Shown: positions 27,907 through 38,754, counted from the stretch's first letter. The stretch is 64,000 nucleotides of DNA from an uncultured Gammaproteobacteria bacterium (GCA_964409875.1 CAYPEN010000003.1:128557-192556), one strand, 5' to 3'. Notes: generated by a model not told the origin, from the letters alone. Translations and numbers: made by a program.

Positions 27907-28704
27907 ATGAAAACTAAAACTTTCTTTTTAATAAGAACGGCTATTTTTAATTTTCTATATTATCTAACGAAAAGCGTTGATAGAAACTACAAATCTATAT
28001 TGTGTTTTCATAGTATTTCTAATAGCAATGACAGATATTCAATTTCTAAAGATATTTTTGAAAAAGAAATTATAAAAATAGCTAAAAACTCAAAATTTAT
28101 AAGTTTGGAACAAGCGTTAAGCCAAGAAAAATTGAGTAGCTCATCAGTAGCTATTACATTTGATGATGGGTATAGAGATATTTTAACAATATTGCCAATT
28201 CTTAAAAAGCACAATATTAAAGCGACAGCATTTGTTGTGTCTAATCCACAAAAAGTCTCAAGAGACGAACTAAAAAATGAAAATGCACTCCTATCTTTAG
28301 ACGAAATAAAACAGCTTTTGGAACACAAAATTGAAATAGGTTGTCACAGTGCAACACATAACGATTTAACTATATTAACTAAACGTGAGTTAGAAAAGGA
28401 AATTCTACAATCAAAAAAAGTTCTTGAAAAAAAACTTGGCGTAGAAGTGAAATACTTTGCCTACCCGAGAGGTAAATACAATAATAATGTGATACAAACG
28501 GTAAAAAGAGCAGGTTATAAGGCCGCTTTCTCCATAGATTCAGGGAATATATCTCCATCTAGCAATAAATGGATTTTACCGAGAACCATAATAGATAAAA
28601 CGCACAAACTTTCAGAATTTCCTTCCGTATATGCTCCCAGCACGATGTTTATTAGGAGATTAACAAATAACTTTGGTTTGTGGGAAAAATTCTTAGCAAT
28701 ATGA
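27907..28704 (+). CDS. Polysaccharide deacetylase (CE4)
   Basis: TFDDGY, HSATH, FAYPRG. Confidence 0.9.
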   Translation: MKTKTFFLIRTAIFNFLYYLTKSVDRNYKSILCFHSISNSNDRYSISKDIFEKEIIKIAKNSKFISLEQALSQEKLSSSSVAITFDDGYRDILTILPILKKHNIKATAFVVSNPQKVSRDELKNENALLSLDEIKQLLEHKIEIGCHSATHNDLTILTKRELEKEILQSKKVLEKKLGVEVKYFAYPRGKYNNNVIQTVKRAGYKAAFSIDSGNISPSSNKWILPRTIIDKTHKLSEFPSVYAPSTMFIRRLTNNFGLWEKFLAI

Positions 28705-29615
28705 AAAACATTAGAAAAACAGTAACTGTAGGTATACCTGCTCATAACGAGCAAAACAATATTGCTCAATTACTAGAAGGTGTTTTGTCACAAAAAGGAA
28801 ATAGCTTTCTTTTGACAAAAGTAGTTGTTCTGTGCGATGGTTGTACGGATAAAACAGTAAGTATTGTATCAAAATATAAGAAAAAAAATAAAAAAATTGA
28901 ATTAAGAGATGATGGGTTGAGAGTCGGAAAAACAAGCAGATTGAATGAATTATTTACTAGTACCAATACAGATATTTGTATAACATTTGATGCAGACATT
29001 AAGCTAAATGATGTCAATGTGATAGAGGAATTGGTAAAGAAATTTAGAGATAAGAATATTGGATTAGTGGGAGGTTCTAATTTACCCTTGCCACCTAAAT
29101 CATTTTTTGAAAAAGTCGTCGTTGCATGGCTAATTTTATGGTATGAGGTGAGAAAAAACTACAATAATGGCAACACAATTCACAATCACTTAGGTTGCAT
29201 TACAGCTATGAGTAGGTCGTTATATAAAAAAACAATAATACCTTTAACAATATCTGCAGATGATGATTATCTTTACTTTAATGCACTTACTCAAAACTAT
29301 AAATTCGCTCATGCCGCCCATGCTAAGGTCTACTTTAGAAGTGCATCTACATTGAAAGACTTTTTCCTTCAACATTCAAGATTTTTAACTTTGAAGAATA
29401 ATATTCACTCACACTATGGGAACTGGGTTAATAATTATTATTACATCCCGATTGAAATTAAACTTAAGATTCTTATTAAGGAGTTCTTGAAAAACCCCTT
29501 CTACTTATCTCTTTCTGTTATATTGCAGCTTCTATTGCTCATCCATATTAAATTTACGAAATTTAATTACTCGAACGGGATGTGGAAGATTGCAATATCA
29601 TCAAAACAAATATGA
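28701..29615 (+). CDS. GT2 glycosyltransferase
   Basis: IPAHNE, DGCTD, DAD. Confidence 0.9.
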   Translation: MKNIRKTVTVGIPAHNEQNNIAQLLEGVLSQKGNSFLLTKVVVLCDGCTDKTVSIVSKYKKKNKKIELRDDGLRVGKTSRLNELFTSTNTDICITFDADIKLNDVNVIEELVKKFRDKNIGLVGGSNLPLPPKSFFEKVVVAWLILWYEVRKNYNNGNTIHNHLGCITAMSRSLYKKTIIPLTISADDDYLYFNALTQNYKFAHAAHAKVYFRSASTLKDFFLQHSRFLTLKNNIHSHYGNWVNNYYYIPIEIKLKILIKEFLKNPFYLSLSVILQLLLLIHIKFTKFNYSNGMWKIAISSKQI

Positions 29616-31114
29616 GTAACAAATTAAATAAAATTAAAAAGTACCGTGTTAGTAGTAATTTTATCGGTTACCTAATCCAAAACAACACAGCTTTAACTAT
29701 TTCGTTACTTGTTTTTTTTGTTTTAGTCGTTAGTTTGCTTGCCTCACCCTTAAAAAGCTTTTGGTCAGATGAAGTTTATAGTATAAATTTTTCAAGAACC
29801 CTAATACATACAGCAAAGTACAAAGATACAAATATGATGCTTTTTCATTTAATCCTTCATTATTGGATGCGGCTAGGAGAGAATGAGCTTGTATTAAGAA
29901 TATTGTCTACTGTTTTTGCATGTGCAACTATACCTTTCATCTATTTAATCGGTAAAAAACTTTTTAGCAAGGAAACTGGTTTGATTTCAGCAATCTTATT
30001 ATCAATAAATGTTTTTTTTATTGCTTATGCTCAAGAAGTAAGAAGTTATAGTCTGTTATTTTTGCTTTCAGCAATTTCAACTTATTACTTTGTACAAATA
30101 ATAAGTAAGCCCACCAAAAAACTTAATTACTTGTTTTATATTATTGCATCAGGATTATCTTTATATGCGCATTATTTTGCAATATTTCTAATCATCACTC
30201 ATTTCCTATATATTATTATTTTTAAAATTAGAAGCATAAAAATAAAATATTTATTTACAACTGGGATTTCTCTATTTCTTATTTGCATTCCTATTGTATT
30301 GATGTCGTCTTTAAATTCATCGCAAATAAATTGGCTTCCAAAACCCGGGCTAAAAAACGTTATTGGATTGCCATTTGTGCTTTCTGGTGATTTTCCTCCA
30401 ATTTTTATTAGTTACGGATTAATTGTATTTTATTTGATTTTCAAAACCATAGGAGGAATAAAAAAATCATCAATTAATAATGAGAAGATAATTAAGTATT
30501 TGTTGATTATATTTTTACTAGCAATACCACCTTTAATCACATTTTCTATTTCATTTTTCATAAAGCCAATAGTAACCTCTAAATACTTAATATTTTGTCT
30601 TTTACCTCTACTAATTCTAATCGGAAGTGGTATTGCCCAAATAAAATACAAAAAAATTAAATTTTTTGTTATGGTGATGCTAATTCTATTGGCCTTCATA
30701 CGTTTAGTAGCTTGGTTTAAGGATAGTAATTCAATCTACTGGGGATTATCTAACAAGAAGGATGATTGGAAGCAAATTGTTAAATTCACAAAGATGAATG
30801 CCGAAAACAGAGATGGAGTCACTTTTCTAACTTATTATTATGAAGAACCATTTCAATTTTATAACAAGAATACATCCAACCCTCTTAAGATATCAGAAAA
30901 AACAAACTATGCTTCTGATAAAAGCTTGCTATATATACCCAACACAAACTCATTGGTTGTAGCAGATTTTAGCTCTAGTAAAAAAATAGTATGGTTAATT
31001 GCTGATAATAATAGTCTGCCGATTTTGAGATATGTTGAAGGATTTGACTCTTATGCTCTAAATAGAACCTATAGCTTTGAAAGAGTTCAAGTTTTTAAAT
31101 TCGTAAAAAAATGA
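29612..31114 (+). CDS. GT-C fold membrane glycosyltransferase (PMT/ArnT-like)
   Basis: SFWSDE, QEVRSY, many TMs. Confidence 0.82.
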   Translation: MSNKLNKIKKYRVSSNFIGYLIQNNTALTISLLVFFVLVVSLLASPLKSFWSDEVYSINFSRTLIHTAKYKDTNMMLFHLILHYWMRLGENELVLRILSTVFACATIPFIYLIGKKLFSKETGLISAILLSINVFFIAYAQEVRSYSLLFLLSAISTYYFVQIISKPTKKLNYLFYIIASGLSLYAHYFAIFLIITHFLYIIIFKIRSIKIKYLFTTGISLFLICIPIVLMSSLNSSQINWLPKPGLKNVIGLPFVLSGDFPPIFISYGLIVFYLIFKTIGGIKKSSINNEKIIKYLLIIFLLAIPPLITFSISFFIKPIVTSKYLIFCLLPLLILIGSGIAQIKYKKIKFFVMVMLILLAFIRLVAWFKDSNSIYWGLSNKKDDWKQIVKFTKMNAENRDGVTFLTYYYEEPFQFYNKNTSNPLKISEKTNYASDKSLLYIPNTNSLVVADFSSSKKIVWLIADNNSLPILRYVEGFDSYALNRTYSFERVQVFKFVKK

Positions 31115-32030
31115 TTAAGAAATACACTGTCACAATAGCTTTAAGCGCTTACAACGAAGAGAATAATATTAAAAGTCTTTTAGAATCTGTTTTAGCGCAA
31201 AAAGAAACAAACTTTACAATAAAATCGATCTGGATTTTCTCGGATGGATCAAGGGATAATACTGCAAAGAAGGTAAAACAAATCAATGATAACAGAATAA
31301 AATTATTCAATTATAAAAGCCGTATGGGAAATCTGCTCGTTTAAATCAATTATATAGGATGTTATCTACTGATTTTCTTGTACAGACTGATGCAGATGTA
31401 GTATTTTCGCATAAATATGTCGTTAGAGATATTATTCAACCTTTAATTAATGAACGCGATGTAATGATGTGCGGTGGCAATCCTCACCCTATGCCTGCAC
31501 TAACATTTATAGAGAAATCAGTAAATTTTACTGTAAATGCATATATCCCATTACGCAAACTTTACAATGGTGGAGATAACATTTTTTCTGTTGATGGACG
31601 CCTACTTGCATATAAAAAAGAACTCGTAAAAAGAATTTTTATTCCAGAGGCGGAGGTTACAGCGAATGATGCATTTACGTACTTTTGCTGCCTTACTTTT
31701 GGCTATAAATATAAGTTTGTAGAAAGTGCAAAAGTATTTTTTAGGTCCCCACAGACTTTGAAAGATCATATAAAACAAAATACACGTTTTATGGCTATGC
31801 CAATAAAAATGAGCAAGTATTTCGACCCAACCCTCGTATTAAATGCAAAAAAAGTATCCAAAAAATTGTACTTAAAATTATTCATTAAAGCTTTTTTAAA
31901 AAATCCTATACATTGTTTTGCGATATTTTTAATAAATCTTTACATCAGACTAATATTCAAAAGTAGAGAAAAGCATCTGAAAGCTAAATGGCAAATAGCA
32001 AACACAACAAAGCTATTAAATTCCGTATGA
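31111..32030 (+). pseudogene. GT2 glycosyltransferase split by a -1 frameshift near 31326-31332
   Basis: ORFs 31111-31344 (AYNEE, DGSRD) and 31359-32030 (DAD) join as GKSARLNQLYRML, like paralog GKTSRLNELF. Confidence 0.85.
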
Positions 32031-32932
32031 AAAATAACATAACTTTATCAATCGGCATACCAGTTCTTAATGAAGAGAAAAATATTTCAAATATTATTGA
32101 AGATATTTTTCAACAGGATTTAAGAACAGTTTCACTAGCAGAAATAATAGTTATTTCGGATGCAAGTTCCGATAGCACAGAACAAATAGTTGGGCGTTTT
32201 AAAAAGCCCGAAATTAAACTATATCGCAATGAAGAAAGAATCGGTAAGGCATTAACGCAAAATATAATAGCAAGGAAGGCAGCAGGAGATTTGTTGGTAC
32301 TGTTAGACGCTGATATTAGGATCAGAGACAAGAAATTTCTAGAAAAGTTAATAAAGCCTATAATGAATGACAAGCTAGTAGGTATAACCTCACCCAAAAT
32401 TTTACCGATAAAATCGGATACTTTTATTGGAGATGTTTTAGATTACAGTGTGAGAATAAAAAATAAAATTTACGAAAGTTATGATCATGGAAATAACATT
32501 TATTCATGTCATGGACGTGCTCGTGCGTTTTCCAAGAGATTATATAAAAAAATTAAATGGCCTAAAATATCTTCAGAGGACTCGTTTAGTTATTTGTATG
32601 CAATAAGCAATAAATTTAAATTCTGTTTGGTACCTGCAACTGAAATTTATTATAAATCTCCTCAAAACTATTTAGACCATTTGAGCCAAAGTCGACGATT
32701 TTTTGAAAGTGAGAAGGAGTTAGAAATGTATTTTCCAAAAAAAAAGCTACAAAAAGCCTTCAAGTTACCTTTTGTATTAACATTAAGGACAATTTGCCTC
32801 TACTTCCTATTTAATCCAATTTACTTTCTAATATATTTAATAGTATTAATTCGTGTGAAATTAAATAATAATGAATATGGGGTACTTTGGGTAATGTCAC
32901 AATCCTCGAAGGAGAGTATTGAACTAAAATAA
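32027..32932 (+). CDS. GT2 glycosyltransferase (third paralog)
   Basis: IPVLNEE, DASSD, DAD. Confidence 0.9.
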   Translation: MKNNITLSIGIPVLNEEKNISNIIEDIFQQDLRTVSLAEIIVISDASSDSTEQIVGRFKKPEIKLYRNEERIGKALTQNIIARKAAGDLLVLLDADIRIRDKKFLEKLIKPIMNDKLVGITSPKILPIKSDTFIGDVLDYSVRIKNKIYESYDHGNNIYSCHGRARAFSKRLYKKIKWPKISSEDSFSYLYAISNKFKFCLVPATEIYYKSPQNYLDHLSQSRRFFESEKELEMYFPKKKLQKAFKLPFVLTLRTICLYFLFNPIYFLIYLIVLIRVKLNNNEYGVLWVMSQSSKESIELK

Positions 32933-32933
32933 T

Positions 32934-34448
32934 ATGAAAAAGAATTTATTAAAAATTATTTTTATTAGCCTTATTGGTATTTTATTACTAACATTACTTT
33001 CTGTCGGTATAAAGGGACAGGCAAATAAACCGTACTATTATCAAGACTCCAAAAATAAGGAAGTAGGGGGTCCATTTGAAGCATCAAATAGCACGTCACG
33101 GTACGCATTGGTTGAATCGTTGGTAAATAATCATACCTTCCTTTTTGATGCAAAACAAACCTCCTTTTCTGCACCTGATGTTGTTATTTATAAAGGCAAG
33201 GCGTTTTCCATATTTACACCAGGTGTTTCATTTATTGCTGCTCCCTTTTATTTTTTAGGAAAGTTCATAGGAATTCCACAAATAGCCGCCTATTTTTCTA
33301 CAGTTGTTTTCGCCTTAATTAATGCTGCTCTAGTGTATTCAATTGCGCGAAGGCTTCAGGCGTCACGAATAGCATCTGTCTTTTCATCGGGTATTTTCCT
33401 TTTTGCAACCAACGCGCTTCCATATGCTTTTAGCCTTACACAACATCACTTTAGTCTAACCGTCATTTTACTTTCGTTGTTAAATGCTACCGAAAAAAGA
33501 ACTTGGATGAATGACATATTGTTCGGTATATACACAGGCGCTGCGTTACTTTTTGATATCCCAAATATTTTTCTCATTTTCCCAATTGGACTGTATGTAC
33601 TTTTCAGACACTTCAATGTGGAGAACATGTCTTCTAAATTAAAGTTGTCGGTAAAGCCTGTAATGCTTGCGATAATAGCAGGGATAATCCCTTTTGTTTT
33701 ACTTTTCTCAGTCTATAACCATGAGCTAACAGGTTCCTACACAAAAATTGGGCAAACAATAGGAAGAGCTGACTTTACGAATACAAAGGTAGTGCACGAG
33801 TCTCCAAAAAGCGTTTATGATAAAAAACTCCCGTTCAACACGAGAAATGAGATACAGGGGTTATACACGCTTCTTATTAGCAATGAAAGAAGTTGGTTGT
33901 GGTATTCACCTATTCTTCTGGTTGGTCTCGTGGGGGCTTATATCGGCTACAAGAAATCTGAAAAACGGACACTTACCATATTGCTTATTTCCCTTATAGT
34001 TACGAATATTATCATTTATTCAATGTTCGGAGACCCGTGGGGAGGGTGGGCATTCGGGCCGAGATATTTAATTCCGGGAGATGCCGCTCTTTCTATTCTT
34101 ATAGCGCTTGCAATTGATACATATCGCCGGCATCTGTTATTTAATAGCATCGTCCTTGTTCTTGTGTTTTATAGCATTTACATCAATGTATTGGGGATGA
34201 TGACAACAACAAGTATTCCTCCAAAACAAGAAGCCGAAGCACTCACAAAACCCATTCCATATACGTATCAGTACAATCAGAACCTGTCGGGGACAAATAA
34301 TTCAAAGTCTTACTTATATACTACGTATTTGCGAGACATTGTTGAACTTAATTCTTTCATAATTATTTACTCCTCTTTGGTGTTTTTGATACTTGCCTTA
34401 CCATATATGCGTTTTTGGTGGAAAGAAAAGGAGAAATTATGGATTTAA
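32934..34448 (+). CDS. Multi-TM protein, probable GT-C glycosyltransferase
   Basis: Many TMs, 'WGGWAFGPRYL' motif typical of GT-C-like proteins. Confidence 0.7.
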   Translation: MKKNLLKIIFISLIGILLLTLLSVGIKGQANKPYYYQDSKNKEVGGPFEASNSTSRYALVESLVNNHTFLFDAKQTSFSAPDVVIYKGKAFSIFTPGVSFIAAPFYFLGKFIGIPQIAAYFSTVVFALINAALVYSIARRLQASRIASVFSSGIFLFATNALPYAFSLTQHHFSLTVILLSLLNATEKRTWMNDILFGIYTGAALLFDIPNIFLIFPIGLYVLFRHFNVENMSSKLKLSVKPVMLAIIAGIIPFVLLFSVYNHELTGSYTKIGQTIGRADFTNTKVVHESPKSVYDKKLPFNTRNEIQGLYTLLISNERSWLWYSPILLVGLVGAYIGYKKSEKRTLTILLISLIVTNIIIYSMFGDPWGGWAFGPRYLIPGDAALSILIALAIDTYRRHLLFNSIVLVLVFYSIYINVLGMMTTTSIPPKQEAEALTKPIPYTYQYNQNLSGTNNSKSYLYTTYLRDIVELNSFIIIYSSLVFLILALPYMRFWWKEKEKLWI

Positions 34449-36049
34449 ATATAACGCTTCGTAAAAATTGGTTTTCTAGGCTTTCAAATTTTTTTTCCAA
34501 AAATGCGGTTTTGATTCTTATTATTATTCTTTCTGCAATTTCGGTTGCCAATTTTATCTATTATCTTAATAACCACCTGGGGCTTTCGTATAACGATGCA
34601 CGGTCCCACTTAGATATCGGAAGGAGAGTCGTTGAAGGGCTAAAGCCCGGGCTTGCGCAGCTTGGGTCCGTATGGCTTCCGTTGCCGCATTTGCTGATGG
34701 TCGCAACCATTTGGAATGACTTCATGTGGCATACTGGCCTTGCAGGAGCGATAGAGTCTATGGTTTCATTTGTTGCAACGGGGGTTTTGGTCTATCTATT
34801 TTTGAAAAATTTAGGAGTAGGGATGCTGGGCAGGCTTATTGGTGTTTTTGCATTTGTTGCTAATATTAACGTTTTGTATCTGCAGTCAACCGCCATGACA
34901 GAATTGCTGCTTCTTGCCACCATGACTGCCGGGGTATACGAGCTTTTTATGTGGCAGAAAGAGGGAAAACTCCTTCACCTTATATACTCGGCATTTTGGA
35001 TAATGCTTGCAACTCTCAATCGCTATGACGGGTGGTTTCTCTTTTTATGGGCTGCTGCAACCATAATTGTTCTTGCTTTCAGAAAAAAAGGCTTCAAGGT
35101 AGCTGAGGGGACATTTTTGTTTTTTATTACCTTAGGAGGCTTTGGTATTGCGTTGTGGTTCTTGTGGAATCTTCTTATTTTTAAAGACCCCCTGTATTTT
35201 GCATTCGGTCCGTATTCGGCCCATGCACAGCAACAACAACTCAAAGAAGCAGGGGTTTTGGCTACTAACCGCAACTTGCTGTTGTCGATTAAAGTGTACT
35301 TGTATGCGCTTGCCTATAACAGCTATACGGTGCCACTAATCTTAGGAACTCTCGGGGCTTTTGCGTTTTGGTTTGACACTAGAGTAAAAGGTAATATAAA
35401 GATTGCTACGTCATCACTTATTGCGCCATTAGTATTTAATATTCTTGCTTTGTTCTTAGGCTTTTCGGTGCTTTTTGTACAAGGGATTTCGGGTAACACA
35501 TGGTTTAATGTGCGGTATGGGATTATGATGGCACCCTCAATTGCTATTTTTATAGGGTTCTTGGTTGACCGGTTCAAAAATTTCAGGTGGTTATTTATTG
35601 TCCTTCTATTATTTATCACGTTCTTTGCATTTGCCAATAACGACGCGGTGACAATTGATGATGCCAGGGTTGGGTCTTCCCAAAAAAATGTTTCTGAAGT
35701 ATCGGGCTGGCTCAACAAGAACGCAAAAGACAAAGAAGGGTTTGTGCTTATTTCCGCTGCTTCGCATGACGCTATCATCTTTTCATCAGGACTTCCCATG
35801 AGTAAATTCATACATGAAGGAACCGGTACGTATTGGTTATCCGCAACATCTGCACCTGACAGGTGGGCCCGGTGGATAATTATGCGTACGAATGACTTAA
35901 ATGACCAGACATTCAAAGCTGTACATACAACTGCCGGGTACAAAAAATACAATTTGGTGGGTCACTATCCTTTTGCCGATATTTATGAATTAAAACCCGA
36001 GTATCTCAAAACCCTCAACACAAAGCCGACATTGGGCAAACAAAAATAG
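34439..36049 (+). CDS. GT-C (GT39-like) membrane glycosyltransferase
   Basis: YNDARSHLDI.RR, VWLPLPH, AMTE, RYDGW. Confidence 0.75.
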   Translation: MDLNITLRKNWFSRLSNFFSKNAVLILIIILSAISVANFIYYLNNHLGLSYNDARSHLDIGRRVVEGLKPGLAQLGSVWLPLPHLLMVATIWNDFMWHTGLAGAIESMVSFVATGVLVYLFLKNLGVGMLGRLIGVFAFVANINVLYLQSTAMTELLLLATMTAGVYELFMWQKEGKLLHLIYSAFWIMLATLNRYDGWFLFLWAAATIIVLAFRKKGFKVAEGTFLFFITLGGFGIALWFLWNLLIFKDPLYFAFGPYSAHAQQQQLKEAGVLATNRNLLLSIKVYLYALAYNSYTVPLILGTLGAFAFWFDTRVKGNIKIATSSLIAPLVFNILALFLGFSVLFVQGISGNTWFNVRYGIMMAPSIAIFIGFLVDRFKNFRWLFIVLLLFITFFAFANNDAVTIDDARVGSSQKNVSEVSGWLNKNAKDKEGFVLISAASHDAIIFSSGLPMSKFIHEGTGTYWLSATSAPDRWARWIIMRTNDLNDQTFKAVHTTAGYKKYNLVGHYPFADIYELKPEYLKTLNTKPTLGKQK

Positions 36050-36051
36050 CT

Positions 36052-37338
36052 ATGAAGACCGTAAAAATTCAAATTGGGCATAAAACAACGCTTTTTAGTG
36101 GGCTTTTTCTTTTGCTTTTGGCACTTTTTTCTATATTTTATTTCTTCTATTTTGTGCCTTTGGAAGCCCAAGGAACACGCGCAATGTTCTGGTCATTCCA
36201 GTCAATTGACACTATGAAATATTCGCGGGATTTAGCACGCGAAAAGCTCAATGACCCTTCTTTTGACACGGTTATTGCAAAGCAAATGAAAGATATTGCC
36301 TCAACGGGCGCAACGCACGTTGCAATAGCAACGCCGTACGACGAGGAGTTCTATCCCATGCTTCTTCGGTGGGTAAGAGCTGCCCGCCGCGAGCATTTAA
36401 ATGTGTGGTTCCGTGGCAATTTTTCAGGATGGGAAGGGTGGTTTTCGTACCCTAAAATTACGCGTGCAGAACACCTGCAAAAAACCAAGGAATTCCTTAA
36501 AAATCATCTTGAGCTTTTCGCTGACGGAGACGTTTTTACGGCTTGTCCCGAATGTGAAAACGGCGGGCCGGGTGACCCAAGATTAACGGGTGATGTCACC
36601 GGACATAGGCAATTTTTGATTGACGAATACATGTTGACGAAGAACTTTTTTACTGAGAAAAACAAGAAAGTTGCCTCAAATTACGATTCTATGAATAGAG
36701 ATGTAGCGTCCCTTGTTATGGACAAAGACACCACCCGTGCTCTTGGTGGAGTAGTGACTATTGACCATTACGTTGCAAACGGAGAAAAACTTGCAGCAGA
36801 TATAGAATCTCTGTCTGAGAAAACCGGAGGCAAAATTGTATTGGGTGAGTATGGTGCCCCAATTCCTGATATTCATGGACAGATGAACGAGCAGGAGCAA
36901 GCATTATGGATAAGAAACGTGGGGGAACTTTTGGTACGGACAAATAACCTCATTGGGGTAAATTATTGGGTTAATACAGGAGGTTCAACCCAACTGTGGA
37001 ATGAAGACGGCACGAAAAGGTTGGCTGTTGATGCGATATCGTCGTATTACACCCCTCAACAATTGAAACTAAGCGTTAAGAATGAATTGGGAAGGCCAAT
37101 TGAGGCGGCGACGGTAAAGGGTGAGGAAAGATTTGTTGTTACCTCCAAAAACGGAGTAGGTACCTTGCCGTATTTTGACACAACTGAAAAGATAACGGTG
37201 AGTGCCCCAAACTATACTGCTAAAACTCTTTCTATTTCCGGTGTAAATAATAATACAATTATGCTAGAACGTATTAGTGAAAGTCCTCTTTTCAAGTTCT
37301 TGAAGTTGTTGCGCTTAAAATTGCCGGCGACTAAATAG
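36052..37338 (+). CDS. Membrane-anchored glycoside-hydrolase-like protein with C-terminal beta domain
   Basis: N-terminal TM; CPECENG and VLGEYG resemble clan GH-A acid/base and nucleophile sites. Confidence 0.6.
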   Translation: MKTVKIQIGHKTTLFSGLFLLLLALFSIFYFFYFVPLEAQGTRAMFWSFQSIDTMKYSRDLAREKLNDPSFDTVIAKQMKDIASTGATHVAIATPYDEEFYPMLLRWVRAARREHLNVWFRGNFSGWEGWFSYPKITRAEHLQKTKEFLKNHLELFADGDVFTACPECENGGPGDPRLTGDVTGHRQFLIDEYMLTKNFFTEKNKKVASNYDSMNRDVASLVMDKDTTRALGGVVTIDHYVANGEKLAADIESLSEKTGGKIVLGEYGAPIPDIHGQMNEQEQALWIRNVGELLVRTNNLIGVNYWVNTGGSTQLWNEDGTKRLAVDAISSYYTPQQLKLSVKNELGRPIEAATVKGEERFVVTSKNGVGTLPYFDTTEKITVSAPNYTAKTLSISGVNNNTIMLERISESPLFKFLKLLRLKLPATK

Positions 37339-37454
37339 CCTCATTTGTGCGTGACAAAATCGTGACTAAATTATTAGCATTTCCTATTTAGTCAGAGATT
37401 TTCATTTATTGACAAGCTCATAGCTTTATACTATAATACTATATTATATTTTTT

Positions 37455-38075
37455 ATGAAGCATTTATTCATTCTTTTTACCCTTTTAACGGTCGTCTTGA
37501 CCGCTGCAAAACCTTCGTATGCCGTTTCAACCGACGCCACGTCTGCAACGTGCCTTGCGCCTGCAGGAAATTCATTAGCTGATTACCCTGACGGAACCCA
37601 TGGAATTGTAGGTGGAACCTCAAAAGAAGGTCATGACAGTGTGTATTCTCTTGGAAATGGGAATGCGTTGCAATGTTTATGCGCTACCGATGGCAGTGGC
37701 ACTCAAACAAATTGGATGAGCATTGGAGAATTAAATGAGGATCAGATAAAGGTATATCAAAATCAAGGATGGATTTATGTTCCGGACGGAAGCGTATGGG
37801 GTCTTTCTCAAGGAAGCTATCTAGCAAAAAACACTTCGTATTCCTGCGGTGGAGGAAGTTCAACCACACAAAACTCCGGGGGAGACGGAAAATCTGACGG
37901 AAAATCAGATGGACGTTCCGACGGACGCTCAGATGGAGCATCAACTGTCCAGGCAGCTACAGGAAATGCAGCCGCTCTTGCTTCAACCGGAAATATTGCT
38001 TTTATACTTTCTATTCTTGGACTCGGAATTTTTATGACCATTCTTGGTATCTGGCTTCGAAAAAACACTAATTAA
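37455..38075 (+). CDS. Secreted protein with LAxTG sortase signal and (DG[KR]S)4 repeat
   Basis: Signal peptide; LASTG, TM, RK tail; adjacent to sortase. Confidence 0.8.
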   Translation: MKHLFILFTLLTVVLTAAKPSYAVSTDATSATCLAPAGNSLADYPDGTHGIVGGTSKEGHDSVYSLGNGNALQCLCATDGSGTQTNWMSIGELNEDQIKVYQNQGWIYVPDGSVWGLSQGSYLAKNTSYSCGGGSSTTQNSGGDGKSDGKSDGRSDGRSDGASTVQAATGNAAALASTGNIAFILSILGLGIFMTILGIWLRKNTN

Positions 38076-38111
38076 TACATTGTTGTGGAGTGGAAATCTC
38101 CCTATATTTCC

Positions 38112-38645
38112 ATGATACAGCTTCTTTCCAAATTATTTTTGCTTCTTGGCCTATTCTTTCTTGCTTCTTTTGCGTACCTTCTTTATTTGAGATATTCACC
38201 GCATCCGCTTACTTTTGAGGGAAGACCTCATTTCCAAAGTACAGTAAGCATAGATACTCCCACAAGAATAAAAATACCTGCTATTAACGTTGATACGGCA
38301 ATATTCCCGTCCATTATCAGGAACAATATCTGGGAAACTACAGGAAAAGGGGTAAGCTACCTGGCTACTTCCCCTGTGCCTGGAGAAAAAGGCAACAGCG
38401 TCATGTACGGGCATAATTGGTCAAGTATTCTGGGAAATCTCCCCAAAACCAAACCCGGCCAACAGGTCATTATTTATTGGAGTGATGGGCGGGAGAAAAA
38501 GTTTGAGGTAGTGTACACGGCAGAAGTATTACCTACTCAGCGCGATATTATCGATAGTACAAATGACACAAGACTCACACTATATACTTGTACCGGCTTT
38601 TTGGATTCAAAGCGCTTTGTAGTTGTAGCAAAGCCTGCCTCCTAA
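38112..38645 (+). CDS. Sortase
   Basis: GHN, TLYTC, downstream R catalytic triad; N-terminal TM. Confidence 0.9.
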   Translation: MIQLLSKLFLLLGLFFLASFAYLLYLRYSPHPLTFEGRPHFQSTVSIDTPTRIKIPAINVDTAIFPSIIRNNIWETTGKGVSYLATSPVPGEKGNSVMYGHNWSSILGNLPKTKPGQQVIIYWSDGREKKFEVVYTAEVLPTQRDIIDSTNDTRLTLYTCTGFLDSKRFVVVAKPAS

Positions 38646-38754
38646 AAGTCGCCTCAAAATATTTTCTTTACAAACCCTTGCATAACTTTGACTGGCACTT
38701 GCTGAATTGCTATTAGAGTGGAAGAAGTAGTAAACGGAAAGGAGGTGAAAACGC

